The translations under genes and the position numbers were made by a program. The notes beneath the pieces are model-generated. The model ran no database searches, had not been told where the DNA came from, and saw only the letters and a list, made by a program, of their open reading frames with translations. DNA of 64,000 nt from Marsupella aquatica (taxonomy: Eukaryota > Plantae > Marchantiophyta). Within the stretch, counting starts at the first letter, position 1. Each line of letters starts with the position of its first letter. The stretch spans positions 22,293,844 to 22,357,843 of the forward strand of contig OZ316893.1 in NCBI GenBank assembly GCA_973895155.1, in the 5' to 3' direction. Of the stretch, positions 10,734 through 22,840 are shown in pieces.

Positions 10734-13700
10734 CTATCACATGCCGCTGTTGTGCCGGTATGCCAGAGGTCAGACTTTTGCCCCAGTACTTCCCCTGCAG
10801 GTAAGGGCACCCGAGGAAGCTCCAACGCCGAGGCCATTGGCTGAGAAGCCTCAACCACCTGTTAGCCCTACGATCGAGCAGGTGTGTAGGCCCAGGAAGG
10901 AGGACTTGCCGATGCAGCAACCAGGCATGCAGAGTCTGCTGAAACTACTGGAGAAAGAAAATAAATCGGCATCGGCAACAACAACGGCAACGGCAACAAT
11001 GCAGGACACTACTACAGAGGTAGGCCTACACCGGCTCACAAGAGAAAACCCCTTTGCTGGAGACAAGGAGAGAATCAGGCCGGAATCCAAGCCAGGTGTT
11101 CGAATGTATGTGGGAATCTCAAGCTCCGAATCTGAGGCAGAATTGCCTGAAGCTCCTACCGACGAAGAGGAGAGGGAGAAGCCGGACGTCCAAGAAGTAG
11201 AGGAGGCAGTGGAGGACTGCAGCCATGATAATTCCGGCTATGGGTCGGACCATCACGTTCCAGGAGTAAGGACCTATGGCCGGTTTGTCCCCACACTTCC
11301 AAGGGTAGTGCGAGGGGACCCCAACCAGCAGAGTAGCCCTGAGTCTCCCCCACCAGATGTTGCTCCCCCGAGCTTTGACGGCATAAAACAGACGGTGCAG
11401 GAATTTCAGGAGCGAATCAGGCAGGAAGAGGAGGCAGCCCTGGCTAGGGAAAAGGATTTACCAGGAGGAGATTGGCCGGAGGACATCAGGCGGCTAGCTG
11501 AAAAAGGAAGCAAACCTCTAGCCACGATTGAAGAGATCCGTAGGACGGCTTGGGAGCAGAGGCCGCGATGGGCGATGCCAATCACTTCTACTTACTCCAC
11601 CTACGCTAAGAATAGAGCCATGGAGTATGGTGAGATGTGTGGGGAACTTGCGCTCGGCATCTTTGGAGAGGAGTTGGAGGTAGGACCCTTTTTCCATAGG
11701 GAGTAGTTGGAGAAGCACCAATTAGAAGAAGCGGTGGCTTTAGAGAGAAGCAAGAAGGACGAGGTCATTCGGCGGCTTAGGAGGATGGAAGCCGAGATTG
11801 AAGATCTAAGGGCGGCCAAGAAAGCCCAAGATGAACTGCGGATTAAACGGCATGAGTTGAACATCATGCAGGGGCAGTTGGACACCGCGCAGGCTGATAA
11901 TCAGAATATCAAGGATAAACTGACTCAGACGCAGGGAGAGTTGGCCGACACGATCAAAGAGAGGGAGAAGTGGAAGCGAGAGCTGAAGAATACAGAGGAG
12001 GCCCACATAACAGCCAACAGCCGGGCCATGGCGAAGACCCAAAGAAAGGAATGGGCATTGAAGGGGGAGCTCGAGAAAATCCACGGAGCCCTTGAGCTGA
12101 AGGAGGCCGAGTTAGGGAAATCCTATCAAGGGATTATGGCGCTGCAGCAGGAGCTTGCGTCCCTGACGGCCAGCTTCAAGGCCGACCTCAGGGAGAAGGA
12201 CGAGATGCTCGAACAGACTTACGCCAAGATGAACCAGATGGAGTCTGTCATCATTGCAGAGCTCGACAAGGAGCTAAGAGCAACCCGGGAGGAGAGGACT
12301 ACCTTGAAACAAGAACGGGAGGAAGCCCAAAAGGAACTAGAGGAGGCACGCAAGGACCTGGATGAGACCCAGGAGGAGTTGGAGGAAATCACGAGGAAGA
12401 TAGAGAACCTCCAGCGGCGGGCCGACAACCAAACGGAGCGGCTGAAGAAACAAGCCGCAGTATTTAAGTGCTTGTCTTCATCAGGCCCAACTCCAATTGG
12501 GGCAACCAAGTTACCAGGAGTGGTACTGGCCGAAGAAAAAGCCGCACCACCTGCACCAGTGCCGGAAGTAAGTGGGAAGGGGAAGGGACCAGCTGCCGAA
12601 CCAGAAAAGAAGAAAAAGCGGAAACCTTCAGGGTCAAGGAGTAATCCGACTCCACAAGCCGTGGTGACCAAGGAGGTAGAACCAGCACCATCCTCCGGCA
12701 TGAATACGGCAATAGATCCCGCTATCATCATAGGTGGGGGTGGTGCGGCCCAAGCCGAACTACTCAGTAATGAGGCCGGTATTCCAGATCCGCCTCTTGA
12801 GCAGGCCGGGGAGACCGTAGCCGAGGCTGAGGCCGTAACCGATTCCCGAGCCGATGCCGACGCCGATGGTGGACCCAGTCAGGCCGATGGAGAGTTGACT
12901 CAGTCAAGGGCAGGTAATCTGTCAGAGAATGAGCCTACGGCACTGGCTGAGGAGGAAGCGTTGGGGGCGTCCATTAAGGATCCACCACCGGTGTCGTGAT
13001 GGTGCAAGGGCGCCATTCCTTTTAGGGAGGGTGGACGTGGAGGGAGGAGGCGTGAGTGGGCAGGGCGGGCGCTGATCTCCAAGTTTAGGATTAGGATCAG
13101 GACCAGGAGCGGCCCTGACACTTAGCTTAGTGGGATTGCGGTCCCACTGGTAGGAGCAACACTTGTGCTCCTGCCTTGCTGTACATAGGTAGATTCGGGC
13201 AAGTAGATTACTGTTAAGTAGATTAGGCTTACGATGCAAAGAATGGTGGATCCACTACCAGGATAAGTACCTGGGCAGCGGGGAGCTCAGGGCCTCTTCT
13301 TTAGCAAGTTTTTAGTTTGCACCAGCCGGGCTGGGATCAAGTAGTACGAGAAGCTCTCAGTTAGTCATACAGTGACCCTTGTGTATATTCATGTTTCCTC
13401 ATGCCTAAGAGCTGAATAGAGTTTGGCCTCACGGCTTAGTTCGCAAAGCTTGTGTATGAGATGTACTGTTTGTATGGCAAGTGCATGGTATGACTCAGTC
13501 AGAATGAGTCATTTTGCTATTTGTGTGTCGCATTAACTTGTGTGAAGAGTGCCCACATCAACCAGAAGGAAGGAAAGTAAGCAGGGGAGTGAGAGTTGGA
13601 TGTGTCGAGCTGAGAGAGGTCTTAGCGGCTTAACCAAGCCTATTGGGGATCATTCCGGCGGCGGAATCCAAACATACCTAACAGGAAGACAGGGGAAGAC

Positions 13701-13913
13701 AGGGGAAGGCCTATATTAGGCCGGCTACGTATCTCATGACCCGATGAAGGATCTGTCCAGTATATGTGTGTAAAATGTTAATAGTAGTAGTAGAAGGTTA
13801 GCAGCGTCCCATGCCGCTAAGCCGCGGAAACGGCCTCGCCAAGCGCGAAACCTGCGGGAATCGGCTTGAGCTGGGGGGTTTCTTGGGTTTAGGGAGCCAT
13901 GGGACGCACCACA

Positions 13914-14017
13914 AAATCGGTCCATCGATTCCTCTCCTGCTCCCCATTGCCTTCATTCCCATTGCCACTGTCACTCACCCCTGCCCTATCACCTCCATTT
14001 GCTCCACTGGAATCCAT
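13914..14017 (-). pseudogene. 5' end of the CACTA-1 TnpA-like gene
   Basis: ATG at 14017 gives MDSSGANGGD...RNRWTD, joining in frame to LMAEHLNAAQ after removing the LTR and one TSD. Confidence 0.7.
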
Positions 14018-15316
14018 AGCCAAGCCACCCCCCGAGCGCGCGCGAGCTCCCTTCTCCCTCCCTACACTTGAAATTTGTCAAATGCCGCTGAGTACGCCGC
14101 GGCCGAGTGCAAAAGTACAAGCGGGAAAGACTTGCGAAGCAACCCATTTCGCAAGTTGCGATTCTTCTTGTTTCGCATATAGTTTCTCAATTTTGCGAAA
14201 CCATTGCGACGTGAAAGGCTTCGCAACACCTTCGCTCTCTCGCAGAAATGCTCTCAGGCTCTGTTTTTCTGAAGGTCTTGCGAAAGCAGCAGCTTCGCAA
14301 ACCTCAATTCTAATTTGTGATGGTATTTGCGAAGGAAGCGGCTTCGCAAGACATTGGCAACTCGTCCTGGGGGAATGTTGGTTTCATTTGAAAGGGTTTT
14401 TTTCAAAGGTGAAGTGGACCCCTCTATACTCATATTTGGAATGCTTTTTGGCCATGTTTTGGGTGTTAGATAATAGTTGAAGGCGGGTTTGAAGGGTTAG
14501 GCAGATTTCAGGTTAATGGGTTATGTATGGTGTTGGTTTAGGCTAAGGTTTGGGTTTACATTAGTTTAGAAGAAATAATAAAGGTGTGGGATTTGGTTTA
14601 CAAGAAATAAGTAAGGTTTGGGTTTAGGGTTTTAGGGTTTGGGGTTTTTAAATAGAAAGGTCTCTAGGGTTGAAGAAAGGTTTGGGTTTGTGTGTAAGTC
14701 AGATTTAGGTTTAATAGGTAGGATGCGGTTTGGGGTTGAAGGTTTGGATAAGACAAAGCAAGATTTCATGAGATTTATATTGCAGCCTTTTGGGTTTAAG
14801 AGAGGTTCATTGGGTTTATGAATCAAAAGGGGATTGGCATGGGTTTTGCTAACAAAGGAGGGGAATATATGATAGCTTGCAGGGTGCGGCACTTTTTGAT
14901 GATTTGATACTAATGCATATGCATTGTGAGAGCCCGGGCATCTGAAAGGTAAACATTGCATGATCGGCTAAAGTGTTCCTTTCATGTACTTAACACTTTT
15001 GGTTGCCACTATGTATAAAGGGGACATGTATATAGGGTTTTTTGTTCTTGTCTGGTCCAGATTATTGTGCTTACATATACATGGAATGGTTGCAGCTTTT
15101 CCCTCATACTTTCAGATTGGGTTCATTAATTATCTTAGAGCCACAAGAGCTACTGGCACTGCTGAGCCCGGGTCTCATAAAGGTACCTTTTTTATTGCTA
15201 TGGTCATTTTGGTTTGGGTTTCTTGTCATCATTATTTGGGAACTTTGATTTATATCATTTTGTGGTATGTTTTGGTCATAACATGCCCATTTTAATTATA
15301 TCTTGTTACAGGGGAT

Positions 15317-15550
15317 ATGTCTTCATCTTCTGAAATCTCCACCATAGACTCGTCCTCCTCTGATGAAGATACACCACCTCCACCTCAACATCACACGACC
15401 GCACCTCCTCCTCGCGGTCCACCCCGTCAACTTTGTGAATGTTCCAGATGTGTGGGTCAGGTTTCCCAAAAATCTTACATATGTGCCCAACATATTGAGA
15501 GATATGGGCGTTGTGGACGTCATACGGCAGGGGCTTCTTCATCTCATATG
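15317..15550 (+). CDS. First coding exon of CACTA-1 transposase locus (Cys/His transposase-associated, zinc-binding-like motif)
   Basis: CECSRC...CAQHIERYG; 78 codons ending in phase 0 before GTAAGT at 15551; acceptor TTACAG just upstream of the ATG. Confidence 0.7.
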
Positions 15551-15653
15551 GTAAGTGTTATGCCTTAGTTTTCCTACCCTATTCCCATTACTCAATGGTT
15601 GAAGGTTTGCAATTTCACACCTACTTTTGTTTGTTTTGGTTTCGGTGGAATAG

Positions 15654-16469
15654 GTATCCAATAGGCCTAGACCTGCGGCACAAGCACCCTATGTCCCATC
15701 ACAAGGTGTTCTAGATGCTATAGGCAATGCATTCTCAAAAGCCTTGGGTCTAGCGGCAAGGCCCACCAGTCCTAGGGAAGTTGGGGTTGAGGCTATTGTC
15801 CCAAGAGGGAGAAAGCGTTCCAAGAGGCGGGCCCGAGGGGATACTGATTTGTACAAGGCAGTGGTTACGGGTCGGTGGGGTGATTGTGAGTTCACTGGCA
15901 GATGTGTCCCTATCATCAAGGACTGGGATCCTGAGACTCTTGGTTTGCCACAACAGCTTTCCTACGGTGCGGAGGTAGAGGTTTGGGGTAGACGTTGGGT
16001 TATCAAACCTTCCACACTTGGGGATAGACATGGCTATGGAGTTTTTGCCTGTGAGGACATCATTGTGGATGCCGAGAGTGGTAGAGGTGGACGCGGCCGA
16101 GAGGGGCCTACTTTGTTTCCTTATGGTGGACCCATCTACAAGAGAAGACATTGGAACATGATCCTTGCACAACACCCTGAGTGGAAGACTTATGCATTGG
16201 ACATGGATACTTTTGATGGAAACACTAGAAGGTATAGTGAGCAGCGTGTCATAGATGGGGACCCCATACGGACTGGGAATATTGTTGGTTTCATAAACAG
16301 TACCGTGGGGACTCGCCCTAAGCGTAGGCAAAATTGTGAGTGGGTTTTCATTGAGGGTCCTCCGCCAGCACCTTATGGCCAGACATATCATCATGACCAT
16401 TGCCTAGTTGTAGCAACAAGGACCATTAACTCAGGGGATGAGTTATTTACTCACTATGAATGGGATTAG
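15654..16469 (+). CDS. SET-domain (lysine methyltransferase-like) exon inside CACTA-1
   Basis: Motifs HGYGVFACEDI, PYGG, IDGD...GFINST, NC, ATRTINSGDELFTHY; open frame from acceptor AATAG|15654 to TAG 16469. Confidence 0.85.
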   Translation, partial: VSNRPRPAAQAPYVPSQGVLDAIGNAFSKALGLAARPTSPREVGVEAIVPRGRKRSKRRARGDTDLYKAVVTGRWGDCEFTGRCVPIIKDWDPETLGLPQQLSYGAEVEVWGRRWVIKPSTLGDRHGYGVFACEDIIVDAESGRGGRGREGPTLFPYGGPIYKRRHWNMILAQHPEWKTYALDMDTFDGNTRRYSEQRVIDGDPIRTGNIVGFINSTVGTRPKRRQNCEWVFIEGPPPAPYGQTYHHDHCLVVATRTINSGDELFTHYEWD

Positions 16470-16645
16470 GGTTAAGTTAAGGGTCATAGGTGGTATGTTG
16501 CATATCAAAGGGCACTACATATGGCCTTTGGCCACATTTTGTATTTGCACCACAACCAATATTATTTCATTTTTGCACACCCCTAGCCCATTTTTGTGTG
16601 TGTTCTCTTTGCAATATAACTTTCAATTGTTTGCTTTGTTTTTAG

Positions 16646-19600
16646 AATGTGCGACCCTCTCCAAATATGTTACCACGGAGATTGAGAGCAACATATCGAG
16701 AAATGGGTATGCCAGAAGAAGGACATGGATCAGAGTCACACTCCTCATCAAGTGCTAGTGGAAGCAGTAACCCTGATGAAGAGGTACCTCGGACGGATGA
16801 ACAAGTAACTGATGACCGGGATAGAGCCATGGATGACTTTATGGTTGATTGGTTTGGTGCCGACAACCTTGGTGATGACCTTCCCAATGAAGGGCAGGTG
16901 CCCCCCAATGATCCACGCCCAAGACATACCCCTGAGGGACAACGCCAATGGGAAGAAGCAGAGGAACATGCCCGAACACCTATCTATGAGGGTGCTCGTT
17001 TGAGTCATCTTTCAGCCATCTTGGGGTTGATGAACCTACAGGCCAAACACAAGGCAAGCAATGCCTTGTTATCTGATATGTTTGCACTTTGCCATGACCT
17101 TATGTTGCCCACTGAGAATGTGTTGCCAGCAACTTGGAAGGAGGCAAAGAGTGTTCTCTCATCTATTGGCATGGAATATCATATTGTTCATGCATGTGTG
17201 AATGATTGCATGTTATTTCATGGGGCCAATGCAAACATGACACAATGTACAACATGTGATGAGCCTCGCTATGACCCCAACATGCTAACAAAGAAGGTGC
17301 CAAGGAAGGCTGTTCGTTGGTTTCCCATCATTCCTCGGTTGTTGCACATGTATCGGTGTTCTGACTTGGCAGAGTTGATGGTATGGCATAAGACTCATCG
17401 ATCAGAGTCTGGTGTCATGCGGTTGCCAGTTGACTCCCCTGCTCACAAACATATTGAGGCAACATGGCCAGACTTTGCACATGATCCTCGCCATGTGAGG
17501 CTAGGATTGGCATCTGATGGAGTTAGCCCTCATTCACTTGGAGGAAAGGGGCAACCTACATCAGTTTGGCCTGTGGTTGTCATGAATTATAACCTCCCAC
17601 CATGGCTATCCATGAAGAAGGGGTTCCTTTTATTGTCTTTGATTATCCCAGGTCCAAAAAAGGTGAAGAACTTTGACACTTACTTGGCACTATTGGTTGG
17701 AGAACTTCAAAAATTATGGAATGGAGTGTGGGCATATGATGGCAGGAAAATTACAGGAGGTTTTCCACGTGTCTTTCAATTGAGAGGGATCATTTGTTGG
17801 ACAATGCATGACTATCCTGGTAAGATATATGACTTCCATGCCATTTGCAACCCTTCAATAATGTGTAGTTCCTATTGATGTTTCTCATGTGACAACTCTA
17901 ACATAAATTTTGCATGGTTTGATTTCTTCTATGTAAGCAGGGTTTGGTTTTGTCTCTGGATTGCAAACTCAGGGGTACAAAGCTTGCTCTACTTGTGGCC
18001 CAAGCTTAGAGGACATGGCCACATATTGTTCATGGATTAGAAAGATTGTTTATATTGGGCATACAAAGTTTCTTCCCATGGGGCATGAGATGAGGTTTGA
18101 CCCACTTCTATTCTCCTCCTTTGACATGCCATTTGGTGATGAGCGTGAAATTCCTGATGCAACAAGTTTTGCACATTGGAAGTCACTAGCTGATAGGGTG
18201 GCAGACCCAAATGATTCCTTCACCTTTGATAGGACAGGTTTGACCAGGTGGAGTATACTAGCCACTTTGCCCTATTGGTCTGAGTTGAAGATCCGCCATC
18301 TTTTAGACCCCATGCACATAGAGGGAAATGTGGGGAAGGCTTTGATAAAGCATTTTTATGGGGAGAAGGACACTAATTTTAGGGAGGCATGCGAGGAGAT
18401 GGAAATGCATCCAGATGTTTGGGTGACAATTGATCCTATCACAGGTGTGGAGAATCGTCCTTCTGCTCCTTGGGTGTTGAGTGTTGGCCAAAGACGTGAA
18501 TTTCGGAACCGTATAGGAGAGATGCGGTTTCCTACAGGCTATGGTGCCAACCTTCGAAAAGCTTTTGGGATGGAGGACAATCACAAGTGGCCACGATATC
18601 TAAAGACACATGACTATCATCGCCTATTGCAGCATATATTGCCAGTGGCAATTATAGGTATAGGGAGTGAAGAAGTGCAAGATGCCATCTGGTCATTGGG
18701 TCGTTTGTTGAGATGGATATGCTCAAAGGAGATATATGTAGAAGAGATCCCTGGGATGGAGGTATTGGCAGCTGAGGTGGTATGCAAGTTGGAGAAAGCC
18801 CTTCCTCCTTCCTTCTTTGATTGTCAGGTTCATTTACTTGTGCATCTTGTGCGGGAGGTTGCCATTGCAGGTCCAGTGCATTGTAGATGGATGTATTGGC
18901 TTGAGCGTTACATGGCGGTGTTGAAGGCTTATGTACGTAACCGTGCACGGGTGGAGGGAAGCATAGCTACAGGATACTTGGCAACAGAGAGTATATTTTA
19001 TTGTAGTAACATCTTGGCCACCATTGATCCTACTTGTCCATGTACTTGGATGGAGGAAAGAGAAGAGGAGGAGGACCGTTTAACAGGTGCCACAAAAACA
19101 CGCATGTTGACATCAACAGAGTGGTCACAGTTGACAACATTTATGTTGAGTAATAGTAATATCATGGAGAAATGGAGAGAGTTTTATGAGAATGCCAAGA
19201 GAACAAGTCAAAGAGCAAGAATTTTTCCTAAGATGCATGAGTATATGAAGCAAAAGTTGCTTGAGTTGGATGACATGGTGACACAAGGAGGAGATGTGTC
19301 CCACTTTCCTACCATCACAGATGACGTTCGGACCATTGTTCATGGCCCTTTGAGAGTGGTGACATCCAAGACGGCTATGTGGACACAAGGGAGACACTTC
19401 AGGTCCACTAGTACCTAACCTTTCTTCCTCTATTAATTCATGTAGACCTTATTTTGATTAGTTATTTCTATTGTTTAAAAACTTTCTATTATCATTAATG
19501 ACATCCATAACTGTAATGTTGGCTTCTATATTTATGCCATAGGCCATGTGGGTTTTGGCTATTTAGGGATGGGTGTCATATTTTGATGATTATTACATTA

Positions 19601-20140
19601 ATGGTATCTTTTACAGTGTAATAAAAATTTGTGGGTTTTGTTAATTTCAGGGTTTCTTCCCTTGATGAGAAGAGGGGTCGTACTTTTGATTGTGGAGTTC
19701 AAGGGGAATTTTCTCAAGACTCCAGAAGCAGCCGCCATGACAGGAACATTGTTAGAGATGTTGTGCCACACTATGGGAAGATAGAGGAGATCTTGGTGGT
19801 ATCATATGACAACCATTCAAAGTTTGAGGAATATGTCTTCAAGTGCAAGTGGTTCAAAGTGAACCTTGTTGGTCAAAATTGCACTGTACTTCAAGATGAG
19901 AGTGGGTTTACACGGTTGAAGACAAGTGCCACTAGTGTTCAAGCATCTCATTGGCAAACGTCAGAACCATTTGCTTTCCCATCACACTTGGAGCAATGTT
20001 TCTACATTCCATACCCCTTAGACACCGAGTGGTCAATTGTCATCACCTATGTGCCACGTTCTCGTTCCATTGTTTCTGAGAAGCCAGATGTTATTGTATC
20101 AGACCTAGATGACCTTGAGGCCGATGAGGACCAAGTGTGA
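16646..20140 (+). CDS. CACTA TnpD/Tnp2-type transposase (exons 16646-17819, 17941-19402, 19651-20140)
   Basis: HACVNDC, RLGLASDG, WPV...YNLPP, HDYP, LDPMH, KTHDYH, PPSFFD..HLLVHL, WMY..ER, FKCKWF motifs; phase-consistent GT-AG introns; no stops seen in the exons. Confidence 0.93.
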
Positions 20141-20609
20141 GGGACATATTTATATGCACTTGGGTCCAGCCTAGACATTTGTTCATGTTATATTTGATTT
20201 GTTCATGTTTGGTGATATAAAAAAATTAAAGGATTGTCTATATTTATATTTGCCATTCACTTTTGAATGAGTCATACTCATGACATATGTATTGTATTGT
20301 TTTATTGTGATCACTTGTGAATTTTACATGCAACTTTCTATCTAACCTCTGTTGCTCAATATAACTTTATTTCCTACTTATTCCATAATTTTCATTCTCA
20401 CTCTCGTGTTTCCCTCCTCCGTGGTACGTCTGTCCCTCCTCCTCCCTTCCTCTTTCTCCTCCCTCCTTCCTCTTCCATTGTACTCCCTCCCTTTTCCATC
20501 CTTCATTGTACCTCCCTCCATCCTCCCTTCCTCTTCCCTCCTGCCCCATCCATATATTGGACCATCCACCCTCTTCATTGTCTCACCTCACAATAATCTT
20601 AATTTTTAG

Positions 20610-21095
20610 TTTGCAAACAATTTGCGAAGCTCACAAACTCTCACCGGACTCGCAATTTCTATGAATCTTCTCGTTTCTCAATATTTCCATACTACACTCT
20701 TCGCACACTTGTGATGCAAAATCAATCACAAATTTCATATTTTCACCGTTTTGCAAATCTTCCATCCTTCGACATTCTTAAACTTGTCAAACAAATACTA
20801 TCGCAAAACATTTTCAATCCAATCTTCTTCGCAAATATTTACATGAGTTAGTTTCGGAGTCGGCGAGCGATTTTTCCGTCTTCGGAAGGCGCCTTTCCAT
20901 TCAACGCGTTTTGGTAAAATTTGCAAAACCACGTACTTCGCAATTTATTAGCGATATAATGCGCTTCAGCTATTAGATTTGCAATAGGGATAGAATCACA
21001 AATTGCGATGCGGGTTGATTCGCAAAATATGCAAAGCGCCGCCCATCGGAAATACAAGAGCGTCGACAAAAATACCTTCGCAAAAGTGTCAAATA
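20610..21095. repeat. CACTA-1 right subterminal repeats (TTCGCAA-type)
   Basis: Repeated TTCGCAA/TTGCGAA next to the right TIR. Confidence 0.8.
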
Positions 21096-21105
21096 TGTTG
21101 TAGTG

Positions 21106-22840
21106 AGTAGTTCGATTGTAGACAAAATTAAAAAATTTCACTTGCTTATGTAGTCCTTGTCGCACCTCCTCTACCATGGCCATTTCTATCATTGGTAATC
21201 TTTTTGGTTCTCCTACGGGAAGTTTTGGACTATTATCATCCGTCCACGACCACATCTCAATACCTTCTCTTGGGAGCCAATCATCCTCTTGGCATTTCAT
21301 TTTGTATTGAAGGCATGGCATACCATCATCACGCACATACAATCGAAATAGTCGTGGTTGCAAATGCCCCACCAATGAGTCCCCTCCTTTAAGCAAGTAT
21401 GGTTCCAAGTATGATTTAAAATCGGGCACCTCTTGCACGAAATGGGGAACTGGATGTGGAGTCCTTGCCCCCATTAACAATGACATTAGATCTGCCAAAG
21501 AATAGGTTGGGTTACGCATTAAACTTTCAGAGAAATGGCCAAACATAGCATCAACATCCTCATGAGTATGTCCGACCATGAGAAATCCCAGATGAATCTC
21601 TTCAAAAACATCTCTTGTCGTCAGTAGGGACAAATAACCCAACACATATCTGTTTTTGTTATCTCCTACACAATTGTCAAGTTGTAACTTCAAAACTCTT
21701 GGAAGAGGCTTGAAGGTAGTAGACGCATCCAATGAGTGTGACTTCGCTGCAAAAATTTAAGAACCATATATATTAGGGTCAATAATTAATTTAGAGCCAA
21801 AACATTTTCATAGAGCCTACATATTTTCTTAGACATATAGAATAACCAATAATATACCATCATGGGCAACGATTTATGAACATAAACTCAAATGAACTAT
21901 AGTTTCTAGTCTGAAATAAATAGTTAACGGTTCAAGCCATGGTTCTCACTAAGTTTTGCATACACTAACAACAAACCATGGGTCACACTTTCAATAAGCT
22001 AGTTACAATGAACCATGGTTTGTGCTCTCAAATAAACTAACAATAAAGAATGGTTCATACTTTGAAATAAACTATCAACGAACCATGGTTTGCACTTATC
22101 ACATAAAATAACAAACAAGGATATATCCTAAGAAAATGACTCTCACATGAGCGAATAATAACAATCTTTATGTCAACTGACAATGAACTCTGGTTGACAC
22201 CTTGGAAGGTCACATCACTTACAAAGGAAGCATGGTTGATACTGAATATGGCATAAAAATAACAACACTTATTTGCATTGAAGTGAAATAATTACCTAGA
22301 TTTGATATTTCGTCCTTAAATGCTTCACAAAGTTTTCCCTCCAATATAGGTCCTCGCCCCTCAAGCAAGTTTTCAAATAGTTTTGTGGAATCTGGCCCTT
22401 CCACTAAAGATTTGATCATCGGTTCTGGATTTTCCAACATTCGAAGTATTGTGTCAAGTGAACCAATTGTGGCATTGGCATCACGTGCCCACACTCCAAC
22501 ATTATATTGAGCAATAGCTTTTGGACCATGGCCATGAGTCAAAATACCAGTCAAGGTAATTGGAAGTTTAATCGCACCATCCACTTCTTTTGGACAAAAG
22601 GGCATCCTTGGTAGTGCAGTCTTACAATGATCCATTTTATCATGAATTATGCATAAGACCTGTTTTGGATTATCAACAGACTGGCGTCTCCAAGAGTGAT
22701 ATAATAATCTGCCTTCGGTATGATCACGATGATGAGCGATTTCATCCCTCTTTAAAATCTCAATCTCTTCTTTCACACCGGTCAGATTTGCTTTCCGTTG
22801 CATCAACTCACTACAAGTTGTACACTTGGAAAAGTTATTG
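21106..22840 (-). pseudogene. Catalytic core of Sola/DUF7869-like transposase (exons 22840-22296, 21746-21106)
   Basis: FSKCTTC, IIHDKMD, LQLDNCVGDNKN and FLMVGHTHEDVDAMF motifs; phase-1 intron 22295-21747 (GTAATT...TTTTTGCAG). Confidence 0.8.

Larger units (their letters stand above)
5351..12999 (+). pseudogene. LTR-encoded accessory gene of the solo LTR (5351-6725 + 10739-12999), split by family-B insertion, one TAG at 11704-11706
   Basis: Pieces 5351..6751, 10741..11706 and 11707..12999 match the 1199-aa ORF collinearly; LGY|HMPL is restored on removing the insertion. Confidence 0.9.
5236..13913 (+). mobile_element. Family-A solo LTR (~4.67 kb without the nested 4-kb insertion)
   Basis: TGTGATGCC...GCACCACA termini; 5-bp TSD AAATC (5231-5235, 13914-13918); no PBS or gag-pol adjacent. 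Confidence 0.95.
2686..21105. mobile_element. CACTA (En/Spm) DNA transposon, both ends present (CACTA-1)
   Basis: TIRs CACTACAACA (2686) and TGTTGTAGTG (ends 21105); 3-bp TSD AGT (2683-2685, 21106-21108); TTCGCAA subterminal repeats; TnpD-type transposase inside. Confidence 0.95.

Noticed and set aside
14500-14760. True telomere or interstitial telomeric array
   Set aside because: GGGTTT-rich but highly degenerate and inside a CACTA element
20400-20600. CT-rich tract giving ORFs 20352..20609 and overlapping ones
   Set aside because: Low-complexity sequence, not credible coding
20848-21105. Chimeric ORF ends (20848..21732 tail, 2446..2868 head, 58581..59417 head, 13899..14480)
   Set aside because: They read across insertion junctions into TIR/LTR sequence
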